A stretch of 64,000 nt of DNA from Acetobacteraceae bacterium (GCA_965199595.1 OZ241182.1:2042590-2106589); one strand, 5' to 3'; shown: positions 28,576 to 37,790, counted from the stretch's first letter. The notes: generated from the sequence alone by a model not told the origin. A program made the numbers and translations.

Positions 28576-30366
28576 TCAGGCGTCCTTGTACCAGTTGGCG
28601 AAGTCCCAGATGTAGCTGTCGAAGCCGCTCACCTCGCATTGCAGCTTGTTCACCACGCCGGCGACGGACGGGCGGATGACGATGGGGATGACCACGACCT
28701 GCTTGATGACCATGTCGTTGAGCTGGATGAAGAGCGCGGCCCGCGCCATGGGGTCCAGGGCGGCGATGGCCTTGGCATACAACGCGTCGTATTCCGGGCT
28801 CTGCCAGCGGGTGATATTGCGGCCCTGCCACTTATTGGCCTTCTGCGATGCCTCCGTGGAGAGGAACAGCTGCATCCAGACGCCGGGGTCCGGCAGGAGG
28901 GGGCCGGTCGTGTACATCTGCAGGTCGGCATAGAAATGCGGATAGGTGTCGGGGTTGGCCACGTCCGACGAGAAGAAGACGGAGGCGATCACCGATTTCA
29001 GCTCGACCTCGATGCCCGCCTTCCTGAATGCCTGCTTTATGATCTGCTGGGTCTTCTGGCGCGGGCCGTTGGTGCTGGTCTGGAACAGCCATTTCAGCTG
29101 CTTGCCGTCCTTGGCCCGGATGCCGTCGGGACCCGGCTTGTAGCCGGCCTTGTCCAGCACCGCGATCGCCTTTTCGACGCTGAACTCGGTCCTGGTGTTC
29201 GGCGAGTTGAAGCGGGCCGGGTTGAACAGGATGTTCGAGGTGAGCGGCCCGCCGCGGCCGTAGATGAACTTGTGGACCGACTCGCGGTCGATCAGCAGCG
29301 AGACGGCTTCGCGAACCGCCGGGTCGGACAGGGTCGGGTGCCTGGTCTTCAGGCTGGACCGCTCGCCATCGACCTCCACGTTCGGATCGGTGCTGTTGAT
29401 CTGGATGAACTCTTGGTTGCCGCCGAGTGTCACGCGGACCTTGCCTTTGCCGCTGCTCTCCAGCCGGGTGAGCACCTCGTCCTCGACCTGCAGGTTCCAG
29501 GCAAAATCGTATTCGCCGGTCTGCAGCACCGCGCGGGCGGCCGAAGTGGCGTCCCCGCCGCCCTTCATCTCGACGGCATCGAAGAACGGCCGGTTGGCCA
29601 TGTGGTAGTCGGGGTTGCGGGTGCCGGAGACGAGGTCGCCGGGGCGGAACTCCTTGAAGATGTAGGGGCCGGTGCCGACGGGCTTCAGGTTGTTGGGCGC
29701 ATCGCGGGACTTGTCGCCGGAATAGGCCTCGAACAGGTGCTTGGGGATGATCTGGCCGTACGGGCCCACGAAGGCGTCGGCCCAGAAGCCCATCGGCTGC
29801 TCGGAGATGATCTTGACGGTGAACTGGTCCACCTTCTCGACCTTGATGCTGTTGTAGGTGCCGGTGGTGACGGTCGCGGTGGCGGGGTTGCTGGAATAGG
29901 CCCAGTTGAACACCACGTCATCGGCGGTGAAGGGCGTGCCATCGTGCCACTTCACGTTCTGCTTCAGCTTCCAGATCACCCATTTGCCATCGGGCGACAG
30001 GCCGCCATTGTCGATGCTGGGCAGTTCGGCGGCCAGGATGGCGCGCAGCTCGCCCTGGGAGTCCCAGCCGGCCAACGGTTCGTAGAACAGGCGGGAGCCG
30101 TCCTGGTCCTTGGTGCCGGTCGCGAAATGCGGGTTGAGCAGCGTGGGGCCCTGCCACCACAGCAGCTTCAACGTGCCGCCGCCCCCGGCCTTGGTGGGCT
30201 TGTAGGCGGGTGCCGTCTGGGCATAGGCGACGCCGCCCAGGGCCAGCAGCTGCGTTGCCATGGGTGCTGTCAGCCCCAGGCCGATCATTCGGTTGACGAA
30301 GCCGCGGCGGGAGAGCCGGCCCTGCTTCACGCGGTTGATCGTGGCCTTGAGGTCCTGTTCGTCCAT
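28576..30366 (-). CDS. Family-5 peptide ABC substrate-binding protein with Tat signal
   Basis: MDEQDLKATINRVKQGRLSRRGFVNRMIGLGLTAPMATQLLALGGVAYAQ. ATG 30366 is preferred over ORF-track 30459. Confidence 0.9.
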   Translation of the reverse strand: MDEQDLKATINRVKQGRLSRRGFVNRMIGLGLTAPMATQLLALGGVAYAQTAPAYKPTKAGGGGTLKLLWWQGPTLLNPHFATGTKDQDGSRLFYEPLAGWDSQGELRAILAAELPSIDNGGLSPDGKWVIWKLKQNVKWHDGTPFTADDVVFNWAYSSNPATATVTTGTYNSIKVEKVDQFTVKIISEQPMGFWADAFVGPYGQIIPKHLFEAYSGDKSRDAPNNLKPVGTGPYIFKEFRPGDLVSGTRNPDYHMANRPFFDAVEMKGGGDATSAARAVLQTGEYDFAWNLQVEDEVLTRLESSGKGKVRVTLGGNQEFIQINSTDPNVEVDGERSSLKTRHPTLSDPAVREAVSLLIDRESVHKFIYGRGGPLTSNILFNPARFNSPNTRTEFSVEKAIAVLDKAGYKPGPDGIRAKDGKQLKWLFQTSTNGPRQKTQQIIKQAFRKAGIEVELKSVIASVFFSSDVANPDTYPHFYADLQMYTTGPLLPDPGVWMQLFLSTEASQKANKWQGRNITRWQSPEYDALYAKAIAALDPMARAALFIQLNDMVIKQVVVIPIVIRPSVAGVVNKLQCEVSGFDSYIWDFANWYKDA

Positions 30367-30487
30367 GCGTGAGGCTCCGGTCGATAACGGCTGGACTTGG
30401 ACCATAGCAACTCCGATGTCATCGGCAACGTACATCGCAATTGGCAACGTACAGCGCAAACCGGCCCGCCCATGCTATCAGGCGGCG

Positions 30488-31288
30488 ATGCTCCGCATTA
30501 CGCTTCTGACACTCTGTTTCGGCCTCGTCTCCATCGGGGCCTGGGCCGCGCCGGGCCTGTGCCCCGAGCATTTTGCCGGGGGCCGGTTGCCGGTTCTGGT
30601 CAACGCCAGGCTGACCGCGCTGACGCAGCCGCTCTGTTTCCAGGCATTCGCCGTGCTGCATTCGGGCGTGACCCGGACGCCGCTCTATTCCGCCGAGCAC
30701 CTGACGCGCGAGGGCCTGCGGTCCGCGCGCGAGACCCCGCGCCAGGGGGAGTTCCATGCGGAGCCGCAGGTCCCGGCCGATCAGCGGGCGGAGCTGTCGG
30801 ACTATGCCCGCAGCGGCTACGACCGTGGCCATCTGGCACCCAGCGGCGACATGCCCGACGCGGAGGCGCAGCAGGAAAGCTTCAGCCTCGCGAACATGGT
30901 GCCGCAGGATTCCAAGCTGAACCGTGGGCTGTGGGGAGGCATCGAGAGCGCCGTGCGCAGCTACGCGACCCGGCGCGGCACCCTGTTCGTGGTCACCGGC
31001 CCAGCCTTCGTCGGCGGTCAGCTGGCCAGCACCGGGGGGGTGATCGTGCCCACCGCCGTCTGGAAGGCCGTGCTCGACCCGGCCCGTGGCACCGCCGCGG
31101 CCTATGTCGCCCAGAACGATGACGGCGGCGCGTGGCAGGTGATGAGCATGGCCCAGCTCGCGAGCCTCACCGGGATCGAGGTGTTCCCGGGCCTGCCGCC
31201 GCAGTCGCGCAGCCGGGCCATGCGCCTGCCGAACCCCACGCCGCACCGCGGCCGATCCGCGAACCCCCGCGCAGGAGGACTGTTTTGA
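30488..31288 (+). CDS. Secreted DNA/RNA non-specific endonuclease (beta-beta-alpha-Me, NucA/Serratia nuclease family)
   Basis: Signal MLRITLLTLCFGLVSIGAWA. Active site SGYDRGHLAPSGDM ... SLANMVPQDSKLN. ATG 30488 is preferred over ORF-track 30260. Confidence 0.85.
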   Translation: MLRITLLTLCFGLVSIGAWAAPGLCPEHFAGGRLPVLVNARLTALTQPLCFQAFAVLHSGVTRTPLYSAEHLTREGLRSARETPRQGEFHAEPQVPADQRAELSDYARSGYDRGHLAPSGDMPDAEAQQESFSLANMVPQDSKLNRGLWGGIESAVRSYATRRGTLFVVTGPAFVGGQLASTGGVIVPTAVWKAVLDPARGTAAAYVAQNDDGGAWQVMSMAQLASLTGIEVFPGLPPQSRSRAMRLPNPTPHRGRSANPRAGGLF

Positions 31289-31545
31289 GCAAGCCCGCGA
31301 TCACCCCCTTTGCCGATGATGCCGCCAGCGTGACGATCGCCGGTCTTACGGTGGAGAACGGCGCCGCCGCCATCGCCGTGTATGGCCAGACCGAGCTGAC
31401 GCGCGACAAGGCGGGGCTCGCCAACGCACAGGCCCTGCTCGATTTCGCGCTGGCCGTGGTCCAGGTGCTGAAGGCGGACCCGGCGCTGCCGGCGAAGATC
31501 GCGCCGCCCAAGCCGGCCGGCACGGTGAAAAACCCGTTCAGCTGA
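31285..31545 (+). CDS. Hypothetical 86-aa cytoplasmic protein translationally coupled to the endonuclease
   Basis: TTG 31285 overlaps the nuclease stop (TTGA). A perfect AGGAGGA lies 6 nt upstream. It is in frame with ORF 31132..31545. No signal peptide or TM segment, and no family recognised. Confidence 0.5.
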   Translation: MSKPAITPFADDAASVTIAGLTVENGAAAIAVYGQTELTRDKAGLANAQALLDFALAVVQVLKADPALPAKIAPPKPAGTVKNPFS

Positions 31546-32644
31546 ACAGTTCGGCCCAGCTGGCGAGCATGGTCCGCTGGTCATAGGCCGTTTCCGCGCG
31601 CTGGCGGTTGGCGGCGCCCAGGCGCTGCCGCAGCCCGGCATCGCCCATCAGCCGCCGCAGCGCATCGGCCAGCGCCGCAGCATCGGGCGGGACCACGAAG
31701 GCACGCTGCTCCGGGGGCAGCATGGTGGCGATGTCGCCGACGTCCGTGCTGGCGACCGGAAGCCCCGCCGCCATCGCCTCCAGCAGCGAAATCGGCATCT
31801 GTTCGGTGTCCGAGGACATGGCGAAGGCGTCGAGGGAGCGCAGCAGCGGCGCCGGGTCCGCCTGGTGCCCGGCCCAGTGCACGCGTGCGCCGATGCCGAG
31901 TTCGCCGGCCAGGGCGTGCAGCCGCTCGCGGTCCGGGCCGTCGCCGATGATCAGCAGGCGGCCCGGCACATCCTGCGCGAAGGCCCGCAGCAGCCGCCCG
32001 ATGTTCTTCTCGGCCCGCAGGGCGGCGACGGTGCCGAGCAGCGGGCCTTCGCCGGATGTGGCCTGCATGGGGCCGGGGTCGAAGCGGGCGAGGTCGATGC
32101 CGTTCGGCACGTAGCGGAGCCGGGCCGGGTTCAGGCGCCAGATGTCGGTGGCGATGGCGCGCAACGTGAGGGACGGCACGACCACGGTGCGCCCGGCCAG
32201 GAACACCCGGCGCATCCACACCCGGCGCGGCAGTTGCCGGGTGCGTTCCTCGGGGCCGAAGCCGTCCTCGATATGGACGTGCGGAACCACCTGGTGCCGG
32301 TTGGCGATGGCCCAGTCCATGGTGCCCCAGTTGCTGGTGAGCAGCTTGGCCGGACGTATCGCCCGCAGCACGCCGCGCAGCTGGCGGATGGTGCCCAGCG
32401 TGTCGCGCTGGTTGATGCTGATGGCGGGGAAGCTGACATCGAGTCCGGGGTCGAGCCGTTCGCGGCAGGCGTGGTTGCCGTCCATGGCAATGATGGCGTG
32501 ACGCCAGCGCGGGCCGAAATGATTGACGATGGTGGCAAACCGGGCCTGCACCCCACCCACCGCGAAGGAGGGGAAGGCGTGCAGCAGCAGAGGCGCCTGA
32601 TCGCCGGAGGTCTTCGACACGCCTGCCACTCCAACCGGTTGCAT
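31538..32644 (-). CDS. GT4-family (GT-B fold) glycosyltransferase, resembling PEP-CTERM/EpsH1-system-associated sugar transferases
   Basis: LLLHAFPSFAVGGVQ N-terminus, HVHIEDGFGPEE, C-terminal EQMPISLLEAMAAGLPVASTDVGD. ATG 32644 is preferred over ORF-track 32770. Confidence 0.8.
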   Translation of the reverse strand: MQPVGVAGVSKTSGDQAPLLLHAFPSFAVGGVQARFATIVNHFGPRWRHAIIAMDGNHACRERLDPGLDVSFPAISINQRDTLGTIRQLRGVLRAIRPAKLLTSNWGTMDWAIANRHQVVPHVHIEDGFGPEERTRQLPRRVWMRRVFLAGRTVVVPSLTLRAIATDIWRLNPARLRYVPNGIDLARFDPGPMQATSGEGPLLGTVAALRAEKNIGRLLRAFAQDVPGRLLIIGDGPDRERLHALAGELGIGARVHWAGHQADPAPLLRSLDAFAMSSDTEQMPISLLEAMAAGLPVASTDVGDIATMLPPEQRAFVVPPDAAALADALRRLMGDAGLRQRLGAANRQRAETAYDQRTMLASWAELFS

Positions 32645-32750
32645 CCGCGGACTTGAACGGGCCCCGGCTTCGTATGATGCTACCGGATCAGCGGGACTGC
32701 CGGAAGCGGCGCGTCTGGCGTTCAAGGTTGGCCTTCGAGGGAGAGCATCC

Positions 32751-34652
32751 ATGTGCGGCCTGGCCGGCATTTACGACCCCGCGGGCGGCCCCGTCGATCG
32801 CGGGCTGCTGGGGCGCATGACCACGGCGCTGTCGCATCGCGGCCCCGATGGCGACGGCTTCCACGTGGAGCCCGGCATCGGCTTCGGCCATCGCCGGCTC
32901 TCGATCGTGGATGTGGCCGGCGGGCACCAGCCGATGTTCAACGAGGACCACTCGGTGGTCATCACCTTCAACGGCGAGATCTACAACTTCCCGGAGCTGC
33001 GCCCGAAGCTGCAGGCCCTGGGCCACGTGTTCCGCAACCGCTGCGACACGGAGGCGATCATCCACGCCTGGGAGAGCTGGGGGCCGGACTGCCTGCAGCA
33101 CCTGCACGGCATGTTCAGCTTCGTGCTGTGGGATCGCGACCGGCAGACACTGTTCATGGCGCGCGACCGGCTGGGCGAGAAGCCGCTGTACTATGCCCGG
33201 CGGCCCGACGGCAGCATGGTGTTCGGGTCCGAGATGGCGGCGCTGAACCCGGTGCCGGACCTGCCGCGGCAGATCTCGGCGGCGGCGGTCGATGATTTCT
33301 TCGCCTTCGGCTACGTGCCGGACCCGCATACGATCTATGATGGCATCCACAAGCTGGCCGCCGGGCACTACCTGCTGTTGCGCCCCGGCAGCCATGCGGC
33401 CCCGCGCCGCTACTGGTCCGCCCCCACCACGGCCCGCCCGATGGCCGAGGCGGAGGCGCTGACCGCGATGCGCGCCGGGCTGGCGGCAGCCACCAGCCAG
33501 TGCCTGATGGCCGATGTGCCGCTGGGCGCCTTCCTGTCGGGCGGGGTGGACAGCAGCGCGGTGGTGGCGACCACCGCCGGGCTGCGGACGGAGCCGCTGG
33601 AGACCTTCACCATCGGCTTTCCCGGTGCCGACGACGAGACGCCGTTGGCCCGGCTGGTGGCGCAGCGCTACGGCGCCGTGCAGCATCTGGGCCAGGCGGC
33701 GCCCGACTACCTGGACGCCGTGCGCGCCCAGGCGCGGATCTTCGGCGAGCCGTTCGGCGACAGCTCCGCAGTGCCGACCGAGGCGGTTTGCGCCCTGGCG
33801 CGCAAGCACGTGACGGTCGCGATGTCGGGCGACGGCGGGGACGAGGTGTTCGCGGGCTATCGGCGCTATCGCTGGCACCAGATGGCAGAGGCGGTGCGGT
33901 CCTACGTGCCGGCCCCGTTGCGTCGCGGCCTGCTGGGGCAGCTTGCGGCGGCCTATCCGAAGATGGACTGGGCGCCGCGCTGGCTGCGGGCCAAGCACAC
34001 GCTCACCGAAATCAGCCTCGACAGCGCGCTGGGCTATTACCGCACCATGGTGAAGGTGCACCACGACCAGCGGCGCGGCCTGTTCTCCACAACCCTGCGC
34101 GCCCAGCTGGATGGCCACGACCCGGCCAGCCGTGTGGTCGACCTGATGCAGGCCAGCGATGAGGGCGACAGCCTGTTGCAGGCCCAGTACGTCGACGTGA
34201 ACACCTACCTGCCGGGCGACATCCTGACCAAGGTGGACCGGACCAGCATGGCGCATTCGCTGGAGGTGCGGGCGCCGTTCCTGGACCATCGGCTGGTGGC
34301 CTGGGGCATGGCGCTGCCCGCCGGGCTGAAGCTGCGGGGGCAGGAGGGCAAGTATGTGCTCAAGAAGGCCATGGAGCCGCTGCTGCCGAACGACATCCTC
34401 TATCGGCGGAAGCAGGGGTTCGCTACTTCGCTGGCCCAGCTGTTCCGGCGCGAGGCGGGGCGGCTGCGCGAACGGCTGCTGCGGGGACCGATGCTGGACA
34501 GCGGCCTGTTCGACAGCGGCGCGGTCGCCGCGATGATCGACCGGCACGAGGACGGCCGGTCCGATCACTCCGGACCGCTCTGGCTGCTGTTGGCGTTCGA
34601 GGGCTTTCTGATGGCCCAAACCGTACCGGCTTCGGAACGTGCCATCGAATAG
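32751..34652 (+). CDS. Asparagine synthase (glutamine-hydrolysing) family amidotransferase, long form of the type linked to exosortase/EPS loci
   Basis: MCG N-terminal nucleophile, HRRLSIVD, FNGEIYNF, PP-loop FLSGGVDSS; 633 aa. Confidence 0.85.
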   Translation: MCGLAGIYDPAGGPVDRGLLGRMTTALSHRGPDGDGFHVEPGIGFGHRRLSIVDVAGGHQPMFNEDHSVVITFNGEIYNFPELRPKLQALGHVFRNRCDTEAIIHAWESWGPDCLQHLHGMFSFVLWDRDRQTLFMARDRLGEKPLYYARRPDGSMVFGSEMAALNPVPDLPRQISAAAVDDFFAFGYVPDPHTIYDGIHKLAAGHYLLLRPGSHAAPRRYWSAPTTARPMAEAEALTAMRAGLAAATSQCLMADVPLGAFLSGGVDSSAVVATTAGLRTEPLETFTIGFPGADDETPLARLVAQRYGAVQHLGQAAPDYLDAVRAQARIFGEPFGDSSAVPTEAVCALARKHVTVAMSGDGGDEVFAGYRRYRWHQMAEAVRSYVPAPLRRGLLGQLAAAYPKMDWAPRWLRAKHTLTEISLDSALGYYRTMVKVHHDQRRGLFSTTLRAQLDGHDPASRVVDLMQASDEGDSLLQAQYVDVNTYLPGDILTKVDRTSMAHSLEVRAPFLDHRLVAWGMALPAGLKLRGQEGKYVLKKAMEPLLPNDILYRRKQGFATSLAQLFRREAGRLRERLLRGPMLDSGLFDSGAVAAMIDRHEDGRSDHSGPLWLLLAFEGFLMAQTVPASERAIE

Positions 34653-34788
34653 CCTTACATCGCCATCGCGAAATGAACCTTGCATGATGCCGCATTCGTG
34701 ATACTCACGAACCGACATCAGGCGAGGCCAGACCGCCGGTCTGGACTGGTGCAACGGCCAAGGCCTCGCGGACGAAAAGGACGCGTCG

Positions 34789-35229
34789 ATGACTGTAGCG
34801 CAGCCAGCGGGGCTTCAGGGTTGGCCCGAGACCGGCGAGGGCCGGACCGATGCACCGCGTGACCGGTTCCGCGCCAACCTGTCGCGGATTATGGCGGAAC
34901 GCGGCATCACCCAGGCTGCCCTGGCCCGTACGATGGGCGTGTCCCGGGTCGCCGTCCATGCCTGGATCTGGGGCACCTGCTTTCCCGAGACCTCCCGGTT
35001 GCTGAAGCTGGCGCAGGCCCTCGACGTGCAGATCGGCACCCTGATGGAGGGCGGGGCGGGTTCGGCTGCCAAAGCCGGCAGCAGCAGCGACGAGGCAATG
35101 CTGCTGGACGCCTTCCGCAAGCTGCCGAAAACCGCACGTATGACGGTTCTGGCTGATGTGTTCGAGCTGTCGGCGCAACTCTCGGCGATGACGCCCGCTG
35201 CTTCGGCTACGGTCGAGATCGCTTCGTGA
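34789..35229 (+). CDS. XRE-family helix-turn-helix transcriptional regulator
   Basis: RFRANLSRIMAERGITQAALARTMGVSRVAVHAWIWGTCFPETSRLLKLAQALDVQIGTL is a Cro/C1-type HTH. The C-terminal ~70 aa are unassigned. Confidence 0.75.
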   Translation: MTVAQPAGLQGWPETGEGRTDAPRDRFRANLSRIMAERGITQAALARTMGVSRVAVHAWIWGTCFPETSRLLKLAQALDVQIGTLMEGGAGSAAKAGSSSDEAMLLDAFRKLPKTARMTVLADVFELSAQLSAMTPAASATVEIAS

Positions 35230-35257
35230 GACGAAGCCCGGCGCCTATGCGCCCGGG
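35221..35257. terminator. Two adjacent stem-loops between convergent XRE and metQ (GCTTCGT-gag-ACGAAGC, then CCCGGCGC..GCGCCCGGG)
   Basis: Read directly; the first hairpin includes the XRE stop codon. Confidence 0.45.
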
Positions 35258-36060
35258 ATCACCGCGCCTTTGAAGGTCGCCAGCACCCAGTCCTTCACCG
35301 CAGGCTCCGCATAGGCGCCGGCGAGCTGCCTGGCCCAGGGCTTGGCCTCGTCGCCCTGGCGCACCACGACCAGGCAGCAGTACTGGCGGATGAGCGCCGT
35401 GTCGGGCTTCTCCACGATCAGGCTGTCGTGCAGCGGGTCCAGCCCAGCGGCCACGGCGTAGTTGCCGGTGATCGCCCCGGCATCCACGTCGGGCAGGGAC
35501 TGGGCGATCTGTGCCGCGTCCAGCTCCATGACCCGGAGATCCTTGGGATTGGTCAGGATATCGGCGACGGAGGACTTGAAGTCACCGCCGTTGCGAAGCG
35601 TGATCAGCCCGGCCTGTGCCAGCAGCACCAGCGCGCGGCCGCCATTGGTCGGGTCGTTCGGAATGGCGACGCGGGCGCCGCGCGGCAGGTCCGCCGCGGT
35701 TTTCACCTTGGAGGCGAACACCGCCATCGCCGTCATCACCGTTCGCCCCACGGGCGCCAGCCTGTAGCCGCGATCCCTGATCTGCTGATCCAGGAACGGC
35801 TGGTGCTGATAGGTGTTGGCATCAATGTCGCCGCCGGCCAGCGCAGCATTGGGCTGGATGAAGTCGGAGAACTCCGTCACCTTCATCACCAGGCCCTGCG
35901 GCGCCAGGATCCCCTGCACCCGCTCCAGCACCTGGGCATGCACCCCGGCCGTGACGCCCACCCGCAGCGGCCTGGCGGTGGTGCCCGCGTCCTGCGCCCG
36001 GGCTGCATGGATGAACGGGGCGGCGAGCGGGGCGGCGAGTAGCAGGCGGCGGGACAGCAT
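35245..36060 (-). CDS. metQ: MetQ/NlpA-family methionine ABC substrate-binding protein
   Basis: 271 aa with a signal peptide, NlpA-family sequence, downstream of metI. Confidence 0.85.
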   Translation of the reverse strand: MLSRRLLLAAPLAAPFIHAARAQDAGTTARPLRVGVTAGVHAQVLERVQGILAPQGLVMKVTEFSDFIQPNAALAGGDIDANTYQHQPFLDQQIRDRGYRLAPVGRTVMTAMAVFASKVKTAADLPRGARVAIPNDPTNGGRALVLLAQAGLITLRNGGDFKSSVADILTNPKDLRVMELDAAQIAQSLPDVDAGAITGNYAVAAGLDPLHDSLIVEKPDTALIRQYCCLVVVRQGDEAKPWARQLAGAYAEPAVKDWVLATFKGAVIPGA

Positions 36061-36073
36061 GGTGATCCTCAGG

Positions 36074-36730
36074 TCATCGGTGGGAGACCCGGCGCACCAC
36101 GAGGTCCCCGAGCGTCTGCAATCCCTGCACGACGACGATCAGCAGGACAACCACCACCAGCATCACCTCAGGCATGAACCGCTGATAGCCGAAGCGGATG
36201 CCGAGATCGCCCAGGCCGCCGCCGCCCACGGCCCCGGCCATGGCCGAGAAGCCCACCAGCGACACCAGCGTGACGGTGATGGCGGCAACCAGGCCAGGGG
36301 CGGCCTCCGGCACCAGCACCTTGGCGATGATCTGTCCGCGCGTGGCGCCCATCGCCTGCGCCGCCTCGATCAGCCCTGAATCCACCTCGCGCAGCGCCGT
36401 TTCGAACAGCCGGGCGATGAAGGCCGTTGCGGCGATCGAGAGCGGCACCGCGGCCGCCATGGTGCCGATGGAAGTGCCGGCGAGCAGGCGGGTGAACGGC
36501 ACGACCGCCACCATGAGGATGATGAACGGCACCGACCGGACCGCGTTGATCACCATGCCGAGCGGGCGGTTCATCCATGGATTGGCAGCGATATGGCCGG
36601 AGCCGGTGACCAGCAGCAGCAAGGCCAGCGGCAGCCCGAGCACGATGGATATGCCCGCGGCGATGCCCACCATGGCGGCGGTCTGCCAGAAGGCCTCGAT
36701 CAGCAGCGTCTGCAGCATAGGCGTCAACAT
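36074..36730 (-). CDS. metI: Methionine ABC permease
   Basis: 218 aa from ATG 36730 (MLTPMLQTLLIEAFWQT). The ORF-track start 37063 would overlap the divergent gene. Confidence 0.85.
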   Translation of the reverse strand: MLTPMLQTLLIEAFWQTAAMVGIAAGISIVLGLPLALLLLVTGSGHIAANPWMNRPLGMVINAVRSVPFIILMVAVVPFTRLLAGTSIGTMAAAVPLSIAATAFIARLFETALREVDSGLIEAAQAMGATRGQIIAKVLVPEAAPGLVAAITVTLVSLVGFSAMAGAVGGGGLGDLGIRFGYQRFMPEVMLVVVVLLIVVVQGLQTLGDLVVRRVSHR

Positions 36731-36812
36731 GGCGCCATGATGGACTGCGGCGGCGATGGCACCAAGCGCATGTTGTTGCCGATGGGTGGGCCAATGTGGC
36801 ACACCCGGCCGC

Positions 36813-37790
36813 ATGTTGAACCGACGCACCGCGCTGCTTGGCGCCGCCGCCCTCCCGCTCGTCCTGCCGCCGGCCGGGCCAGCCCTCGCCCAGGACTCGT
36901 TCGCCGCCTTCGTGGCCGGTGTGAAGGCCGAGGCACGGCGCGGCGGCATCGGCGACGAGACCCTGACCTCGGCCTTTGCCGGGGTGTCGCCGAACCAGCG
37001 CGTCATCGAGCTGGACCGCCGCCAACCGGAATCCAGCATGAGCTGGGCCGAGTTCCGCGCCAAGATCCTGCCGGCGGAGAAGCTTCGGCTGGCGCGGGAG
37101 AGCTATGGGCGCGAGCAGGCCCTGCTTTCGCAGGTCGAGGCGCGGTTTGGGGTGGACGCCCACATCATCATCGGCATCTGGGGCGCCGAGACCCGCTTTG
37201 GCGCCATCCGCGGCAACTACAACCTGGTCGAGGCGCTCTCGACCCTGGCCTGGGAAGGACGGCGGGGGGCCTATTTCCGCAAGGAGCTGTTGAACGTGCT
37301 CCGGATCCTCCAGGCAGGCGATGTGACGCCCGCGAAGGCGACCGGCAGCTGGGCCGGGGCCATGGGCCAGCCGCAGTTCATGCCCAGCTCGTTCCTCACC
37401 TATGCCGTGGACTTCGATGGCGACGGCCGGCGCGACATCTGGGAGAGCAAGCCCGACGTGTTCGGCTCCATCGCCAACTATCTGGCCAAGAGCGGGTGGC
37501 GGGCCGGAGAGCCCTGGGGCCAGCCGGTCAGGATCCCGCCGGGCTTCAATGTGGCCGGTGCGAACCGCGACGCCCGCCGCAGCCTGGGGGAATGGATGCG
37601 CGAGGGCGTGACCCGCGCCGATGGGCGTCCCTTCGGCCGCAGCGACGTGATAGGGGCTGTGCTGGTGCCGGACCACGTGCCCGGCGGCGACGCCTTCATC
37701 GTGTATCAGAACTTCAACGCCATCCGACGCTACAACCCGTCGGACTTCTATGCGCTGACCGTGGGCCTGCTGGCCGACGCGAGCGCGTGA
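36813..37790 (+). CDS. Lytic murein transglycosylase (MltB-like)
   Basis: Signal MLNRRTALLGAAALPLVLPPAGPALAQ. IIIGIWGAETRFG catalytic region and GAMGQPQFMPSSF. Confidence 0.85.
   Translation: MLNRRTALLGAAALPLVLPPAGPALAQDSFAAFVAGVKAEARRGGIGDETLTSAFAGVSPNQRVIELDRRQPESSMSWAEFRAKILPAEKLRLARESYGREQALLSQVEARFGVDAHIIIGIWGAETRFGAIRGNYNLVEALSTLAWEGRRGAYFRKELLNVLRILQAGDVTPAKATGSWAGAMGQPQFMPSSFLTYAVDFDGDGRRDIWESKPDVFGSIANYLAKSGWRAGEPWGQPVRIPPGFNVAGANRDARRSLGEWMREGVTRADGRPFGRSDVIGAVLVPDHVPGGDAFIVYQNFNAIRRYNPSDFYALTVGLLADASA

Noticed and set aside
36731-36812. A SAM-II or other methionine riboswitch upstream of metI.
   Set aside because: Only 82 nt are available, and the minus-strand sequence shows none of the SAM-II AAAGCU/UUGGCUU-type blocks I remember.
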